The notes beneath the pieces are model-generated. The model saw nothing but the letters and a program-made list of their open reading frames with translations. It ran no database searches and had not been told where the DNA came from. A stretch of DNA of 64,000 nt. It comes from Rhodocyclaceae bacterium (GTDB taxonomy: Bacteria > Pseudomonadota > Gammaproteobacteria > Burkholderiales > Rhodocyclaceae). Below are positions 11,804 to 20,830 of this stretch, one piece after another (the first letter of the stretch is position 1; every line of letters begins with the position of its first letter). The translations under genes were made by a program, and so were the position numbers. The stretch is taken from the NCBI GenBank assembly GCA_035530135.1, contig DATKVJ010000155.1:35020-99019 (forward strand), in the 5' to 3' direction.

Positions 11804-12228
11804 GCGTGGACGGGGACTTCCTCAAGCGCTGGTCGCGTCTGAAGCGCGCCGCATCTGTGACGCCGAAGCCGGCGGCCCCGACAGCCCCCGCTGCGGAGCC
11901 GGTAGCCTTGCCGGCCATCGACGAGCTCGATCTGTCTTCGGATTTCCTCCCCTTCATGAAGGGCGAGGTGGCGGAGGGCCTGCGCCGCGCCGCGCTGCAG
12001 AAGTTGTTTGCCGCCGAGCATTTCAACGTTATGGATGGGCTCGACGTCTATGTCGATGACTACAATCAGTTCGAGCCGATCGGAGAGGAAGTGCTGCGCC
12101 AATTGATGCAGGCCCGCGGACTGCTGTCAGACGATGCGCCGCGGCCGGCCGCCGAGCCGGAGGCCAATGCCGGCAGGCCGGACGAGGCGAATGATACGGC
12201 GAAGGACGTGGCGGATGAGCCCGAATGA
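11800..12228 (+). CDS. DUF3306-like protein
   Basis: Starts ..VDGDFLKRWSRLKR. It has a Pro/Ala-rich linker, then LSSDFLPFMKGEV...HFNVMDGLDVYVDDYN. The GTG at 11800 overlaps the upstream stop (GTGA); 11806 is an alternative start. Confidence 0.55.
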   Translation: MSVDGDFLKRWSRLKRAASVTPKPAAPTAPAAEPVALPAIDELDLSSDFLPFMKGEVAEGLRRAALQKLFAAEHFNVMDGLDVYVDDYNQFEPIGEEVLRQLMQARGLLSDDAPRPAAEPEANAGRPDEANDTAKDVADEPE

Positions 12229-14288
12229 GCGACACCCGCTACGCCCTCTGCAATTGCAATGGCACCGCCGTACTCGATGCAGGGGCCCTGCAGAAGTCCC
12301 TGTCCGGCAGCTCGGTCATCGCCGGGCAGGCGCTGTGCCGGCGCGGGGTCGATCGTGTCCAGGCCCTGCTCGCGGGTGCCGATCCGCTGGTGATCGGCTG
12401 CACCCAGGAGGCGCCGCTGTTTTCCGAGCTCGCAGAGGAAGCATCCTTCGGTGGCGAACTGCGTTTCGTCAATCTGCGCGAGTTCGCCGGCTGGTCGGCC
12501 GAGGCTGCGGAGGCCGGACCCAAGATGGCGGCCTTGCTGGCCCAGGCGCGCCTGCCTTCGCCCGCCCCGGTCCGGGCTATCGAATTGAAGTCGGCCGGGG
12601 CGACCCTGATCATCGGGCCGGCCGAAGCCGCCATCGACTGGGCCGAGCGGCTCAAGGACCGGCTCGAAGTCTCCGTGCTGCTGACGCGCGCTAGCGCCGG
12701 CGAACTGCCGCTGCGGCGCGACTACCCGGTATTCTCCGGCGCGGAGATCTTCGTCTCCGGCCATCTGGGCGCCTTCGAAGCGAGCTGGCGACAGGACAAT
12801 CCGATCGATCTTGAACGCTGCACGCGCTGTAACGCCTGCATCCGGGCCTGTCCGGAGAGAGCGATCAATTATGCCTACCAGATCGACCTGGACAAATGCC
12901 GCAGCCATCGTGCCTGCGTCGTCGCCTGCGCCGACGTCGGCGCGATCGATTTTGCCCGGGCCGACCCGAAACGCACCGGTCGCTTCGACCTGGTGCTCGA
13001 TCTCTCGGTGGCGCCGCTAATCCGGACGCCGCATTTGCCGCAGGGTTATCTCGCGCCCGGCCGCGATCCGCTGGCGCAGTTCGAGGCCGCCCATCTGCTC
13101 CCGGGCCTGGTCGGCGAATTCGAGCAGCCGCAGTACGTCGACTACCGGGAAAAACTCTGCGCCCACGGCCGGAACGGCATAGTCGGTTGCCATCGCTGCG
13201 TGGACGTCTGCTCAACCGGCGCGATCATCGCGGCCGGCGACCGCATCAGCGTCGATGCGGCGCTGTGCCAGGGCTGCGGCGGCTGTGCCACCACTTGCCC
13301 GAGCGGGGCGCTGCGCCACGCCTATCCCCGCCCAGCCGATCTCGGCCTGCGCCTGAAGGTTCTCCTGGCGGCCTATCGCGAGGCCGGCGGTCGCGATCCC
13401 TGTCTGTTGTTCCACGACGGCACTCGCGGCCGCGAACGCCTGCTGAGGCTCGGCAGGTCCGGTCGAGGGCTGCCCTCACGGGTGATACCGTTCGAGGTGC
13501 ATGACGTCGCCGCGATCGGATTGGATCTCCTGCTCGGCGCCTTGGCCTATGGCGCGAGCCGGTGCCTGCTGATGACCGACAGCGAGGAGACCGAGAGCTA
13601 TGTCGTCACGCTGCGCGCACAAGTCGATATCGGCAGCACTCTACTTGCTGCTCTTGGGCTCGACGACCGCGCGCTGGAAGTCTTCGCGGCTGATGATGCG
13701 CAGGCGCTGGAGAAACTGCTCTGGTCGCTGCCGCCGGGCATGCCGTCGCTGCCGCCGGCGAGCTTCGATCTTTCCGAGGACAAGCGCAGCGCCCTGGAAT
13801 TCACCCTCGCCCATCTGCAGGCGCACGCGCAAAAAAGGCCCGCCGAGGTGGCCTTGCCGGCCGGGTCGCCGTGGGGTGATCTGTCCATCGACAAGCACAA
13901 ATGCACGCTCTGCCTGGCCTGCGTCGGCGCCTGCCCGGTGAGCGCGCTGACGGACACGCCGGATGCGCCGCGCCTGAGATTCCTGGAGCGTAACTGCCTG
14001 CAGTGCGGCCTGTGCGTGAACACCTGCCCCGAGCAGGCGCTGGCGCTGGTCCCGCGCCTGCTCCTGACGGACGGGGTGCGCCGTGCGCGCGTGCTGCACG
14101 AGGCCGAGCCCTTTCACTGCCTGCGCTGCGGCAAGGCTTTCGGCACCAAGCCGATGATGGAAGCGATGTTGAGCCGGCTCTCAGGCCACAGCATGTTCGC
14201 CACCGGGCCGGGCCTGCGCCGCCTGCAGATGTGCGCAGACTGCCGCGTCATCGACATGATGGAGAGCGAGAAGGGTCAGCCGACATGA
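12225..14288 (+). CDS. Large multi-cluster 4Fe-4S ferredoxin-domain protein (polyferredoxin)
   Basis: 687 aa. Canonical cluster motifs are CTRCNACIRACP, CQGCGGCATTCP, CTLCLACVGACP and CLQCGLCVNTCP. Degenerate ones are CRSHRACVVAC, CHRCVDVC and CLRCGK..CADC. ATGA overlaps on both sides indicate translational coupling. Confidence 0.8.
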   Translation: MSDTRYALCNCNGTAVLDAGALQKSLSGSSVIAGQALCRRGVDRVQALLAGADPLVIGCTQEAPLFSELAEEASFGGELRFVNLREFAGWSAEAAEAGPKMAALLAQARLPSPAPVRAIELKSAGATLIIGPAEAAIDWAERLKDRLEVSVLLTRASAGELPLRRDYPVFSGAEIFVSGHLGAFEASWRQDNPIDLERCTRCNACIRACPERAINYAYQIDLDKCRSHRACVVACADVGAIDFARADPKRTGRFDLVLDLSVAPLIRTPHLPQGYLAPGRDPLAQFEAAHLLPGLVGEFEQPQYVDYREKLCAHGRNGIVGCHRCVDVCSTGAIIAAGDRISVDAALCQGCGGCATTCPSGALRHAYPRPADLGLRLKVLLAAYREAGGRDPCLLFHDGTRGRERLLRLGRSGRGLPSRVIPFEVHDVAAIGLDLLLGALAYGASRCLLMTDSEETESYVVTLRAQVDIGSTLLAALGLDDRALEVFAADDAQALEKLLWSLPPGMPSLPPASFDLSEDKRSALEFTLAHLQAHAQKRPAEVALPAGSPWGDLSIDKHKCTLCLACVGACPVSALTDTPDAPRLRFLERNCLQCGLCVNTCPEQALALVPRLLLTDGVRRARVLHEAEPFHCLRCGKAFGTKPMMEAMLSRLSGHSMFATGPGLRRLQMCADCRVIDMMESEKGQPT

Positions 14289-14884
14289 GCTTGGCGCCCG
14301 AGGACCGAGCACGCGCCGACTATTACGCGGTCCTGGCGCGCCTGTTCCAGGGGCCGCCCGATGCTGCCTTCCTCGCTGCACTGGCGGCTTCGCGCCGCGG
14401 GACCAGCGACGGCGATCTGCCCAGGGCATGGCAGGCACTGACCCATGCGGCGGCCGCAGCGACGGAGCGCGGCGCCGACGAGGAGTTCTCGGCGCTGTTT
14501 GTCGCCGTCGGCAGACCGCAGGTAGTGCTCTATGCGTCCTGCTATCTGACCGGGTTCATGATGGAGCAACCGCTCGCCGCACTGCGCGACGATCTGGCCG
14601 CGCTGGGCCTAGCTCGCCATGACGATGTGCGCGAACCGGAGGACCACTTCGCTGCGCTGCTGGAGGTGATGCGCCATCTGATCATCGATGACAGCCGGTC
14701 CGAAGATGAACGTATTGCGTTGCAACGAGAATTTTTCAATTCGCATATAGTGCCCTGGAGCGAAAAATTGTGCGACGCATTGGATTCTTCGGCAGACGCC
14801 GTTCTGTATCGCGTTGTCGCCGGCTTGACCCGTGCCCTGATAAATGTGGAAAAACAATTTTTGCAGGTCCATAATAGGTACTGA
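14285..14884 (+). CDS. TorD/DmsD-family redox enzyme maturation chaperone
   Basis: MSLAPEDRARADYYAVLARLF..PPD....EEFSALFV........PYASCYL...L.......EPEDHFAALLEVM is the TorD-family pattern. It lies directly upstream of the TAT-exported FDH. Confidence 0.75.
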   Translation: MSLAPEDRARADYYAVLARLFQGPPDAAFLAALAASRRGTSDGDLPRAWQALTHAAAAATERGADEEFSALFVAVGRPQVVLYASCYLTGFMMEQPLAALRDDLAALGLARHDDVREPEDHFAALLEVMRHLIIDDSRSEDERIALQREFFNSHIVPWSEKLCDALDSSADAVLYRVVAGLTRALINVEKQFLQVHNRY

Positions 14885-14923
14885 AAGACATATTCCAGCT
14901 GTGATTTGAGAAGGAGGACCAGC

Positions 14924-15130
14924 ATGAACAATGCATCCGACCCGATTGATCTCAAGCGCAGGAAATTCCTGCTCTCCGCAGGAATCGGCGGCACCAGCGC
15001 CGTAGTCTTTGCCAGCGGCAGCCTGCTGCCGGCAAGATCCCCCGAAGCGCTGAGCAGCGACAGCCGAGCCGATAGCGGCTACCGGGCTAGCGAACACATA
15101 CTGAACTATTACCGCACCGCCCGCGTTTAA
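14924..15130 (+). CDS. Small twin-arginine-signal protein, 'formate dehydrogenase region TAT target' type
   Basis: 68 aa starting MNNASDPIDLKRRKFLLSAG (TAT motif), with a GGAGGA RBS upstream. The C-terminus YRASEHILNYY fits the Y-[HRK]-x-[TS]-x-H-[IV]-x-x-[YF]-Y motif I recall for TIGR02811. Confidence 0.7.
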   Translation: MNNASDPIDLKRRKFLLSAGIGGTSAVVFASGSLLPARSPEALSSDSRADSGYRASEHILNYYRTARV

Positions 15131-15143
15131 CCGGGAGATTCCC

Positions 15144-18050
15144 ATGCTGACCAAAAAATCCTCCGCATCTTCCTTGCGTGGCGGAAGGCTCGCGTACGCC
15201 TATGCCGGGGTCGAGGCGCTGCTGCCGGCGGCCATTGACCGTCGCACCTTCCTCAAGCGCTCCGGCATCGGCGTCGGCGCCAGCGCCGCGTTGTCCGCAT
15301 TCGCCGGCCAGTTGCCGTTCGCGATGATCCGCAAGGCCGAGGCCGTCGATGCGCCGAAGCCCGGCGCGGTCGAGACCCGGCGGACCATCTGCACCCATTG
15401 CTCGGTCGGTTGCGCCATCGACGCCGAAGTCAGGAACGGCGTCTGGATACGCCAGCAGCCGGTGTTCGATTCGCCCCTCAACCTCGGCGCGCACTGCGCC
15501 AAGGGTGCCTCGGTGCGCGAGCACGGCCACGGCGAGATGCGGCTGAAGAGCCCGATGAAGCTGGTCGGTGGCAAGTACCAGAAGATCAGCTGGGAGCAGG
15601 CCTTGAACGAAGTCGGCGCCAGGTTGCTGGAGATCCGCAAGAAGAGCGGCCCCGACGCCGTGTACTGGATCGGCTCGTCCAAGCACGGCAACGAGCAATC
15701 CTATCTGCTGCGCAAATTCGTTTCCTTCTGGGGCAGCAACAACTGCGACCACCAGGCGCGCATCTGCCATTCGACCACCGTCGCCGGCGTCGCCAACACC
15801 TGGGGCTACGGCGCGATGACCAACTCCTACAACGACATGCAGAACGCGAAGGCGATCCTGTTCATGGGCTCGAATGCCGCCGAGGCGCACCCGGTGGCGA
15901 TGCTGCATGTCCTGCACGCCAAGGAGAACGGCGCCAAGGTGATGGTCATGGATCCGCGCTTCACCCGTACCGCGGCCAAGGCCGACCAGTACGTGCGCTT
16001 CCGTTCCGGCACCGACATCCCGGTGATCTGGGGCATTCTCTATCACATCTTCAAGAACGGCTGGGAGGACCAGAAGTACATAGCCGACCGCGTCTATGGC
16101 ATGGACAAGGTGCGCGACGAGGTCATGAAATGGACTCCGGACAAGGTCAAGGAGGTGAGCGGTGTCGAGGAGGCCGATCTCTACAAAGTCGCCGAGACCA
16201 TGGCGAAGAACAAGCCCAGCACCATCGTCTGGTGCATGGGCCAGACCCAGCACACCATCGGCAATGCCATGGTCCGCGCCTTCTGCTGCCTGCAGCTGGC
16301 GCTGGGCAACATCGGCACCTCGGGCGGCGGCGCCAACATCTTCCGCGGCCATGACAACGTCCAGGGCGCCACCGACATCGGCCCCAACCCGGATTCGCTG
16401 CCCGGCTACTACGGCATCATCCCCGGCGCCTGGAAGCACTGGGCGGCGGTGTGGGGTGTCGATTACGACTGGATCAAGGGCCGCTTCGCCTCCGAGGCGA
16501 TGATGACCAAGCCGGGCATCACCGTGTCGCGCTGGATCGACGGCGTGCTGGAGAAGAACGAGAATATCGATCAGGATCCCAACCTCAAGGCGGTGGTCTA
16601 CTGGGGCCACGCTCCGAACAGCCAGTCGCGCGGCCTGGAGATGATCGAGGCGATGAAGGCGCTGGAGCTCCTGGTGGTCATCGACCCCTATCCTTCGGCG
16701 ACCGCGGCGATGGCGGCCATGGTCAGGAAGGACGGCGTCTATCTCTTGCCGGCGACGACGCAGTTCGAGACCTCCGGTTCGGTGACCGCCTCGAACCGCT
16801 CGATCCAGTGGCGAGAGAAGGTGATCGAGCCCCTGTTCGAATCCAAGCCCGATCACGTCATCATGTATCTTTTGGCGCAGAAGTTCGGCTTCGACAAGGA
16901 GCTCACCAAGAACATCAAGGTGGTGAACAACGAACCCAATGTCGAGGACATCCTGCGCGAGATCAACCGGGGCACCTGGACCATCGGCTACACCGGGCAG
17001 TCGCCCGAGCGCATCAAGCTGCACATGCAGCACATGAGCACCTTCGACGTGAAGACGCTGCGTGCCAGGGGCGGTCCCTGCGACGGTGACTACTACGGCC
17101 TGCCCTGGCCGTGCTACGGCACGCCGGCGCTGAAGCATCCCGGTTCGCCCAACCTCTACGACACCTCCCGGCACGTGATGGATGGCGGCGGCAACTTCCG
17201 CGCCAATTTCGGCGTCGAGCGCGACGGCGTCAGCCTGCTCGCCGGAGACGGCTCCGCCTCGAAAGGCGCGGACCTGCAGTTCGGCTATCCCGAATTCGAT
17301 CATGTGCTGCTGAAGAAGCTCGGCTGGTGGGACGAACTCACCGAGGACGAGAAGAAGCAGGCCGAGGGCAAGAACTGGAAGACCGATCTCTCCGGCGGCA
17401 TCATCCGCGTCGTGATGAAGAATCACGGCTGCCATCCCTTCGGCAACGCCAAGGCGCGGGCGCTGGTGTGGAACTTCCCGGATCCTGTGCCGGTGCATCG
17501 CGAGGCGCTCTATTCGACCCGGCCGGACATGGTCGAGAAATATCCGACCCATGACGACAAGATGGCCTTCTGGCGCCTGCCGACGCTGTTCAAGTCGGTT
17601 CAGCAGAAGAACGTCGCCGACAAGGTGCATCTGAGCTTCCCGCTGATCCTCACCAGCGGCCGTCTGGTCGAGTACGAGGGCGGCGGCGAAGAGACGCGCT
17701 CCAATCCCTGGCTGGCCGAGCTGCGTCAGGACATGTTCGTCGAGATCAATCCCAAGGCCGCCAACGACCGCGGCATCAGGAACGACGACTGGGTCTGGGT
17801 CAAGACGCCGACCCGGGCCCAGCTCAAGGTGCGCGCCCTGGTCACGGAGCGCGTCGGCCCCGACACCTGCTTCATGCCCTTCCATTTTTCCGGGCACTGG
17901 CAGGGCAAGGACATGCTCGAGTACTACCCGGAAGGTGCGCACCCGCTGGTGCGCGGCGAAGCGGCGAATACCGCCACCACTTACGGCTACGACAGCGTCA
18001 CGATGATGCAGGAAACCAAGACGACCGTCTGCCAGGTCGCCAAGGCTTGA
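15144..18050 (+). CDS. fdhA: Formate dehydrogenase alpha subunit, periplasmic bis-MGD enzyme, cysteine type
   Basis: 968 aa with TAT motif RRTFLKRSG and N-terminal FeS motif CTHCSVGC..C. Active-site HQARICHSTTV has Cys where FdnG has Sec, and there is no in-frame TGA. Confidence 0.9.
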   Translation: MLTKKSSASSLRGGRLAYAYAGVEALLPAAIDRRTFLKRSGIGVGASAALSAFAGQLPFAMIRKAEAVDAPKPGAVETRRTICTHCSVGCAIDAEVRNGVWIRQQPVFDSPLNLGAHCAKGASVREHGHGEMRLKSPMKLVGGKYQKISWEQALNEVGARLLEIRKKSGPDAVYWIGSSKHGNEQSYLLRKFVSFWGSNNCDHQARICHSTTVAGVANTWGYGAMTNSYNDMQNAKAILFMGSNAAEAHPVAMLHVLHAKENGAKVMVMDPRFTRTAAKADQYVRFRSGTDIPVIWGILYHIFKNGWEDQKYIADRVYGMDKVRDEVMKWTPDKVKEVSGVEEADLYKVAETMAKNKPSTIVWCMGQTQHTIGNAMVRAFCCLQLALGNIGTSGGGANIFRGHDNVQGATDIGPNPDSLPGYYGIIPGAWKHWAAVWGVDYDWIKGRFASEAMMTKPGITVSRWIDGVLEKNENIDQDPNLKAVVYWGHAPNSQSRGLEMIEAMKALELLVVIDPYPSATAAMAAMVRKDGVYLLPATTQFETSGSVTASNRSIQWREKVIEPLFESKPDHVIMYLLAQKFGFDKELTKNIKVVNNEPNVEDILREINRGTWTIGYTGQSPERIKLHMQHMSTFDVKTLRARGGPCDGDYYGLPWPCYGTPALKHPGSPNLYDTSRHVMDGGGNFRANFGVERDGVSLLAGDGSASKGADLQFGYPEFDHVLLKKLGWWDELTEDEKKQAEGKNWKTDLSGGIIRVVMKNHGCHPFGNAKARALVWNFPDPVPVHREALYSTRPDMVEKYPTHDDKMAFWRLPTLFKSVQQKNVADKVHLSFPLILTSGRLVEYEGGGEETRSNPWLAELRQDMFVEINPKAANDRGIRNDDWVWVKTPTRAQLKVRALVTERVGPDTCFMPFHFSGHWQGKDMLEYYPEGAHPLVRGEAANTATTYGYDSVTMMQETKTTVCQVAKA

Positions 18051-18060
18051 GGAGGATGAC

Positions 18061-18672
18061 ATGGCCAGGATGAAATTCCTCTGCGACTCCGAGCGCTGCA
18101 TCGCCTGCAACGGCTGCGTGACCGCCTGCAAGAACGAGAACGAGGTGCCCTGGGGCGTGAACCGCCGCCGCGTGGTGACGCTCAATGACGGCGTGCCCGG
18201 GGAGAAGGCGATATCGGTGGCCTGCATGCATTGCTCTGACGCCCCGTGCATGGCGGTATGCCCGGTCGACTGCTTCTACTACACCGACGAGGGCGTGGTG
18301 CTGCACGACAAGGATCTGTGCATCGGCTGCGGCTACTGCTTCTACGCCTGCCCCTTCGGTGCCCCCCAGTATCCGCAGAGCGGCGCCTTCGGCATGCGCG
18401 GCAAGATGGACAAATGCACCTTCTGCGCCGGCGGGCCGGAGCCCGACAACTCCGAGGAGGAGTTCAGGAAGTACGGCCGCAACCGCCTGGCGGAGGGCAA
18501 GCTGCCGCTGTGCGCCGAGATGTGCGCGACCAAGGCGCTGCTCGCCGGCGATGGCGATGTGGTCTCCGAGATTTTCCGCGGTCGCGCCCTGAATCGCGGC
18601 AAGGGCGCCGACCTGTGGGGCTGGGGCACCGCCTACGGCAAGGAGAAGGCCAAGGGGGAGGGCAAATCATGA
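18061..18672 (+). CDS. fdhB: Formate dehydrogenase iron-sulfur (beta) subunit
   Basis: 203 aa with four ferredoxin-type Cys groups: CIACNGCVTAC, CMHCSDAPC, CIGCGYCFYACP and CTFC....C. Confidence 0.9.
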   Translation: MARMKFLCDSERCIACNGCVTACKNENEVPWGVNRRRVVTLNDGVPGEKAISVACMHCSDAPCMAVCPVDCFYYTDEGVVLHDKDLCIGCGYCFYACPFGAPQYPQSGAFGMRGKMDKCTFCAGGPEPDNSEEEFRKYGRNRLAEGKLPLCAEMCATKALLAGDGDVVSEIFRGRALNRGKGADLWGWGTAYGKEKAKGEGKS

Positions 18673-18881
18673 GACTCTTTCTGATGGCAGCCGTTGCGCT
18701 GGCGCTCGCCGGCTGCGGCGAGCGCGACAAGGCAGTGGTCTATAAGCAGGGCGTGTACCAGGGCAAGACCGACAGCGCGCCCTGGAACAACGCCCTCTAC
18801 AAGGGCGACAAGGCCAAGTGGGAAAGCGATATCCGGGCCCGCAACCAGCAGCAGGACGAATCCCGCCGCATCGGCGGCTAG
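18669..18881 (+). CDS. Small lipoprotein of unknown function, embedded between fdhB and fdhC
   Basis: 70 aa starting MRLFLMAAVALALAGC (lipobox LAGC). The ATG overlaps the fdhB stop (ATGA). Confidence 0.6.
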   Translation: MRLFLMAAVALALAGCGERDKAVVYKQGVYQGKTDSAPWNNALYKGDKAKWESDIRARNQQQDESRRIGG

Positions 18882-18889
18882 GAGGCCGC

Positions 18890-19888
18890 ATGAAACGTAT
18901 CTTCCTTCTCTTGCTCTTTGGCTTCCTGGCGCCAGCGGGCGCGCTTGCGGCAGACGCTCAACCGGCCCGGACTCAGACAAACACGCCGCACAACGAGGTC
19001 CGGCTGTGGCGCGAAGTCCGTTCCGGACAGCCGGGCATCACGACGGTGCGCGGGATCGAAACCGGCGTTCTCGTCCAGTCTGGCGGCGAGACCTGGCGCG
19101 AATTGCGCACCGGCCCGGTCATGCTCTACGGCGGCATTCTGCTCTGTCTGGTGTTCGGCGCCATCGTCGCCTTCTATGCGCTGCGCGGCCCGGTCAAGCT
19201 CAAGGAGGCGCGCAGCGGGCGCTTGATCGAGCGCTTCACCGGCGTCGAGCGCATCGCGCACTGGAGCATGGCCATCAGCTTCGTCATCCTCGCCCTATCC
19301 GGACTCACCATGCTGTTCGGTCGCCACCTGCTGCTGCCTGTGCTGGGCCATGGCCTGTTTTCTGGGCTCGCCGTGCTTGGCAAGAACTTGCACAATTTCG
19401 TCGGGCCGCTGTTTCTCCTGTCGATCGCGGTGTCCTTCCTCATCTTCGTCAGGGACAACCTATGGAATGCCGTGGACGCGCTGTGGCTGAGGAAGTTGGG
19501 CGGGTTGCTCTCTGGCGAGCACGTACCGGCCGAGCGCTTCAACCTAGGCGAGAAGGCCTGGTTCTGGCTAGGGCTAGTCGTGCTCGGCTTCGCCGCGAGC
19601 TTGAGCGGTCTGGTCCTCGACTTCCCGAACTTCGAGCAGGGGCGCGCGATCATGCAATGGGCCAACATCGTCCATGTGGCTGCCGCCCTCCTATTCATCT
19701 GCCTGGCAATGGGCCACATCTATATCGGCAGCATCGGTACGGAGGGTGCGCTGGAAGGAATGCGCGATGGTTATGTGGACGAAGTCTGGGCCAAGGAGCA
19801 CCACGAACTTTGGTACCTTGATCAGAAACAGAAAGCTGCCAAGTCCCCTGCGGCGCCGGCTTCAGCCGCACCGGCAGCTCAACCCTGA
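18890..19888 (+). CDS. fdhC: Formate dehydrogenase gamma subunit (cytochrome b, membrane anchor)
   Basis: Start at MKRIFLLLLFG after a GGAGG RBS. It has a signal-like N-terminus, four TM helices and conserved His residues (RIAHWSM, NLHNFVG, IVHVAAA, MGHIYIG). Confidence 0.85.
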   Translation: MKRIFLLLLFGFLAPAGALAADAQPARTQTNTPHNEVRLWREVRSGQPGITTVRGIETGVLVQSGGETWRELRTGPVMLYGGILLCLVFGAIVAFYALRGPVKLKEARSGRLIERFTGVERIAHWSMAISFVILALSGLTMLFGRHLLLPVLGHGLFSGLAVLGKNLHNFVGPLFLLSIAVSFLIFVRDNLWNAVDALWLRKLGGLLSGEHVPAERFNLGEKAWFWLGLVVLGFAASLSGLVLDFPNFEQGRAIMQWANIVHVAAALLFICLAMGHIYIGSIGTEGALEGMRDGYVDEVWAKEHHELWYLDQKQKAAKSPAAPASAAPAAQP

Positions 19889-19902
19889 TGACGGGAGCGA
19901 AG

Positions 19903-20139
19903 ATGAAAGCGAAACTGATCTTGGCCATGATCACCGCATTAGCGCTGGGCGCTGCGCAAGCCAAGCTGCCGCCGCCGACCGAGGAGCAGCAGGCTAAGGC
20001 TGCGGCAGCCAAGGCGAAGGCCGCATTGGCCGCACAACAGGACGCCGAGCAGCTCGCCAAGGCGCAGGACCGGGTTGTCCAGCGTTATCTCTCGGAACAG
20101 AAGGCCAGGGGAGGCAAGGCGGTTCCGACAAAGAAGTAG
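19903..20139 (+). CDS. Small secreted Ala/Lys/Gln-rich protein of unknown function
   Basis: 78 aa starting MKAKLILAMITALALGAAQA, followed by a predicted helical low-complexity region. A GGGAG RBS lies 5 nt upstream. It sits directly after fdhC; an alternative ATG at 19888 overlaps the fdhC stop. Confidence 0.5.
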   Translation: MKAKLILAMITALALGAAQAKLPPPTEEQQAKAAAAKAKAALAAQQDAEQLAKAQDRVVQRYLSEQKARGGKAVPTKK

Positions 20140-20177
20140 ATCCATGGGCTGCGCCACAGCGCCGCCAAATGCCCCCA

Positions 20178-20197
20178 GCCGCTGCAAGCGGCGTTTC
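20178..20197 (+). terminator. Weak intrinsic terminator candidate ending the FDH operon
   Basis: GCCGCT-gca-AGCGGC hairpin followed by GTTTC. Confidence 0.35.
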
Positions 20198-20244
20198 GCT
20201 CAAACAGCGCTGACCAGGCGCTTGCGACTTGACTCGCGATCTTC

Positions 20245-20830
20245 TCAGACAGCGGCGAGAGCGTCGCGTCGTGAGCTGGTACCGACCATGAGCGCGGTCG
20301 CGACCGCAAGGAACTGCAGCTGCGCGATGCCGTAGAAGGCCATCGAGTAATACCCAGCGTCCAACAACGGGCCGAATAGCAGCGCCACCAAGGCAATACC
20401 CACGGCCTGACCCGAAGAGACGAAGCCGTACACCCGGCCGAAAGCTGCCTGGCCGATTCCTTGCGTCGCCGCTCGGCGCACCGGCAGGTCGCGGGAGGGT
20501 CGGCCCACGCCCATTGCCGCCGTGATCAGGGGGACCGTCCAGCCGGGCACAGCACTGGAGGCCAGCAGCACGCTGAAGGCAATGGTGGCGACGAAGAAGA
20601 AGCAAAAACACAACCATACCGGCGGGAGCGTAGGAAACCGAAAAGGACGGCCCCCTGGTGCGCGGCAGCCAACATCAGCGGCGCATAGCTGTCGCGGCAG
20701 ACAGCACGGGTGCCGAGAGTGTCAGCGTGCCGATGCCGAAGTAAATCACCCGCCAGGATCCGAAACGGTTGACCGGAAAGCCGGCCAGTAGAGGCGAGGG
20801 CTGATAACCCATTCTACAAGACGTTTCGCG
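20245..20830 (-). pseudogene. Decayed MFS transporter remnant (frameshifted, internally deleted, 5'-truncated)
   Basis: ORF 20245..20613 encodes an MFS C-terminal TM bundle (..GRVYGFVSSGQAVGIALVALLFGPLLD..). ORF 20675..20959, in another frame, holds a degenerate motif A (GFPVNRFGSWRVIYFGIG). Only about 195 codons remain in total, against about 400 for an intact MFS. Confidence 0.5.

Noticed and set aside
15144-18050. Selenocysteine/SECIS in fdhA
   Set aside because: There is no in-frame TGA. The active-site position is a TGC Cys (HQARICHSTTV), so this is a Cys-type enzyme.
15087-18251. 1054-aa ORF on the minus strand spanning the whole of fdhA
   Set aside because: It is antisense to an unambiguous formate dehydrogenase alpha gene. 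Its composition is Arg/Gly/Ala/His-rich low complexity, typical of GC-driven shadow ORFs. It has no recognisable motif or RBS.
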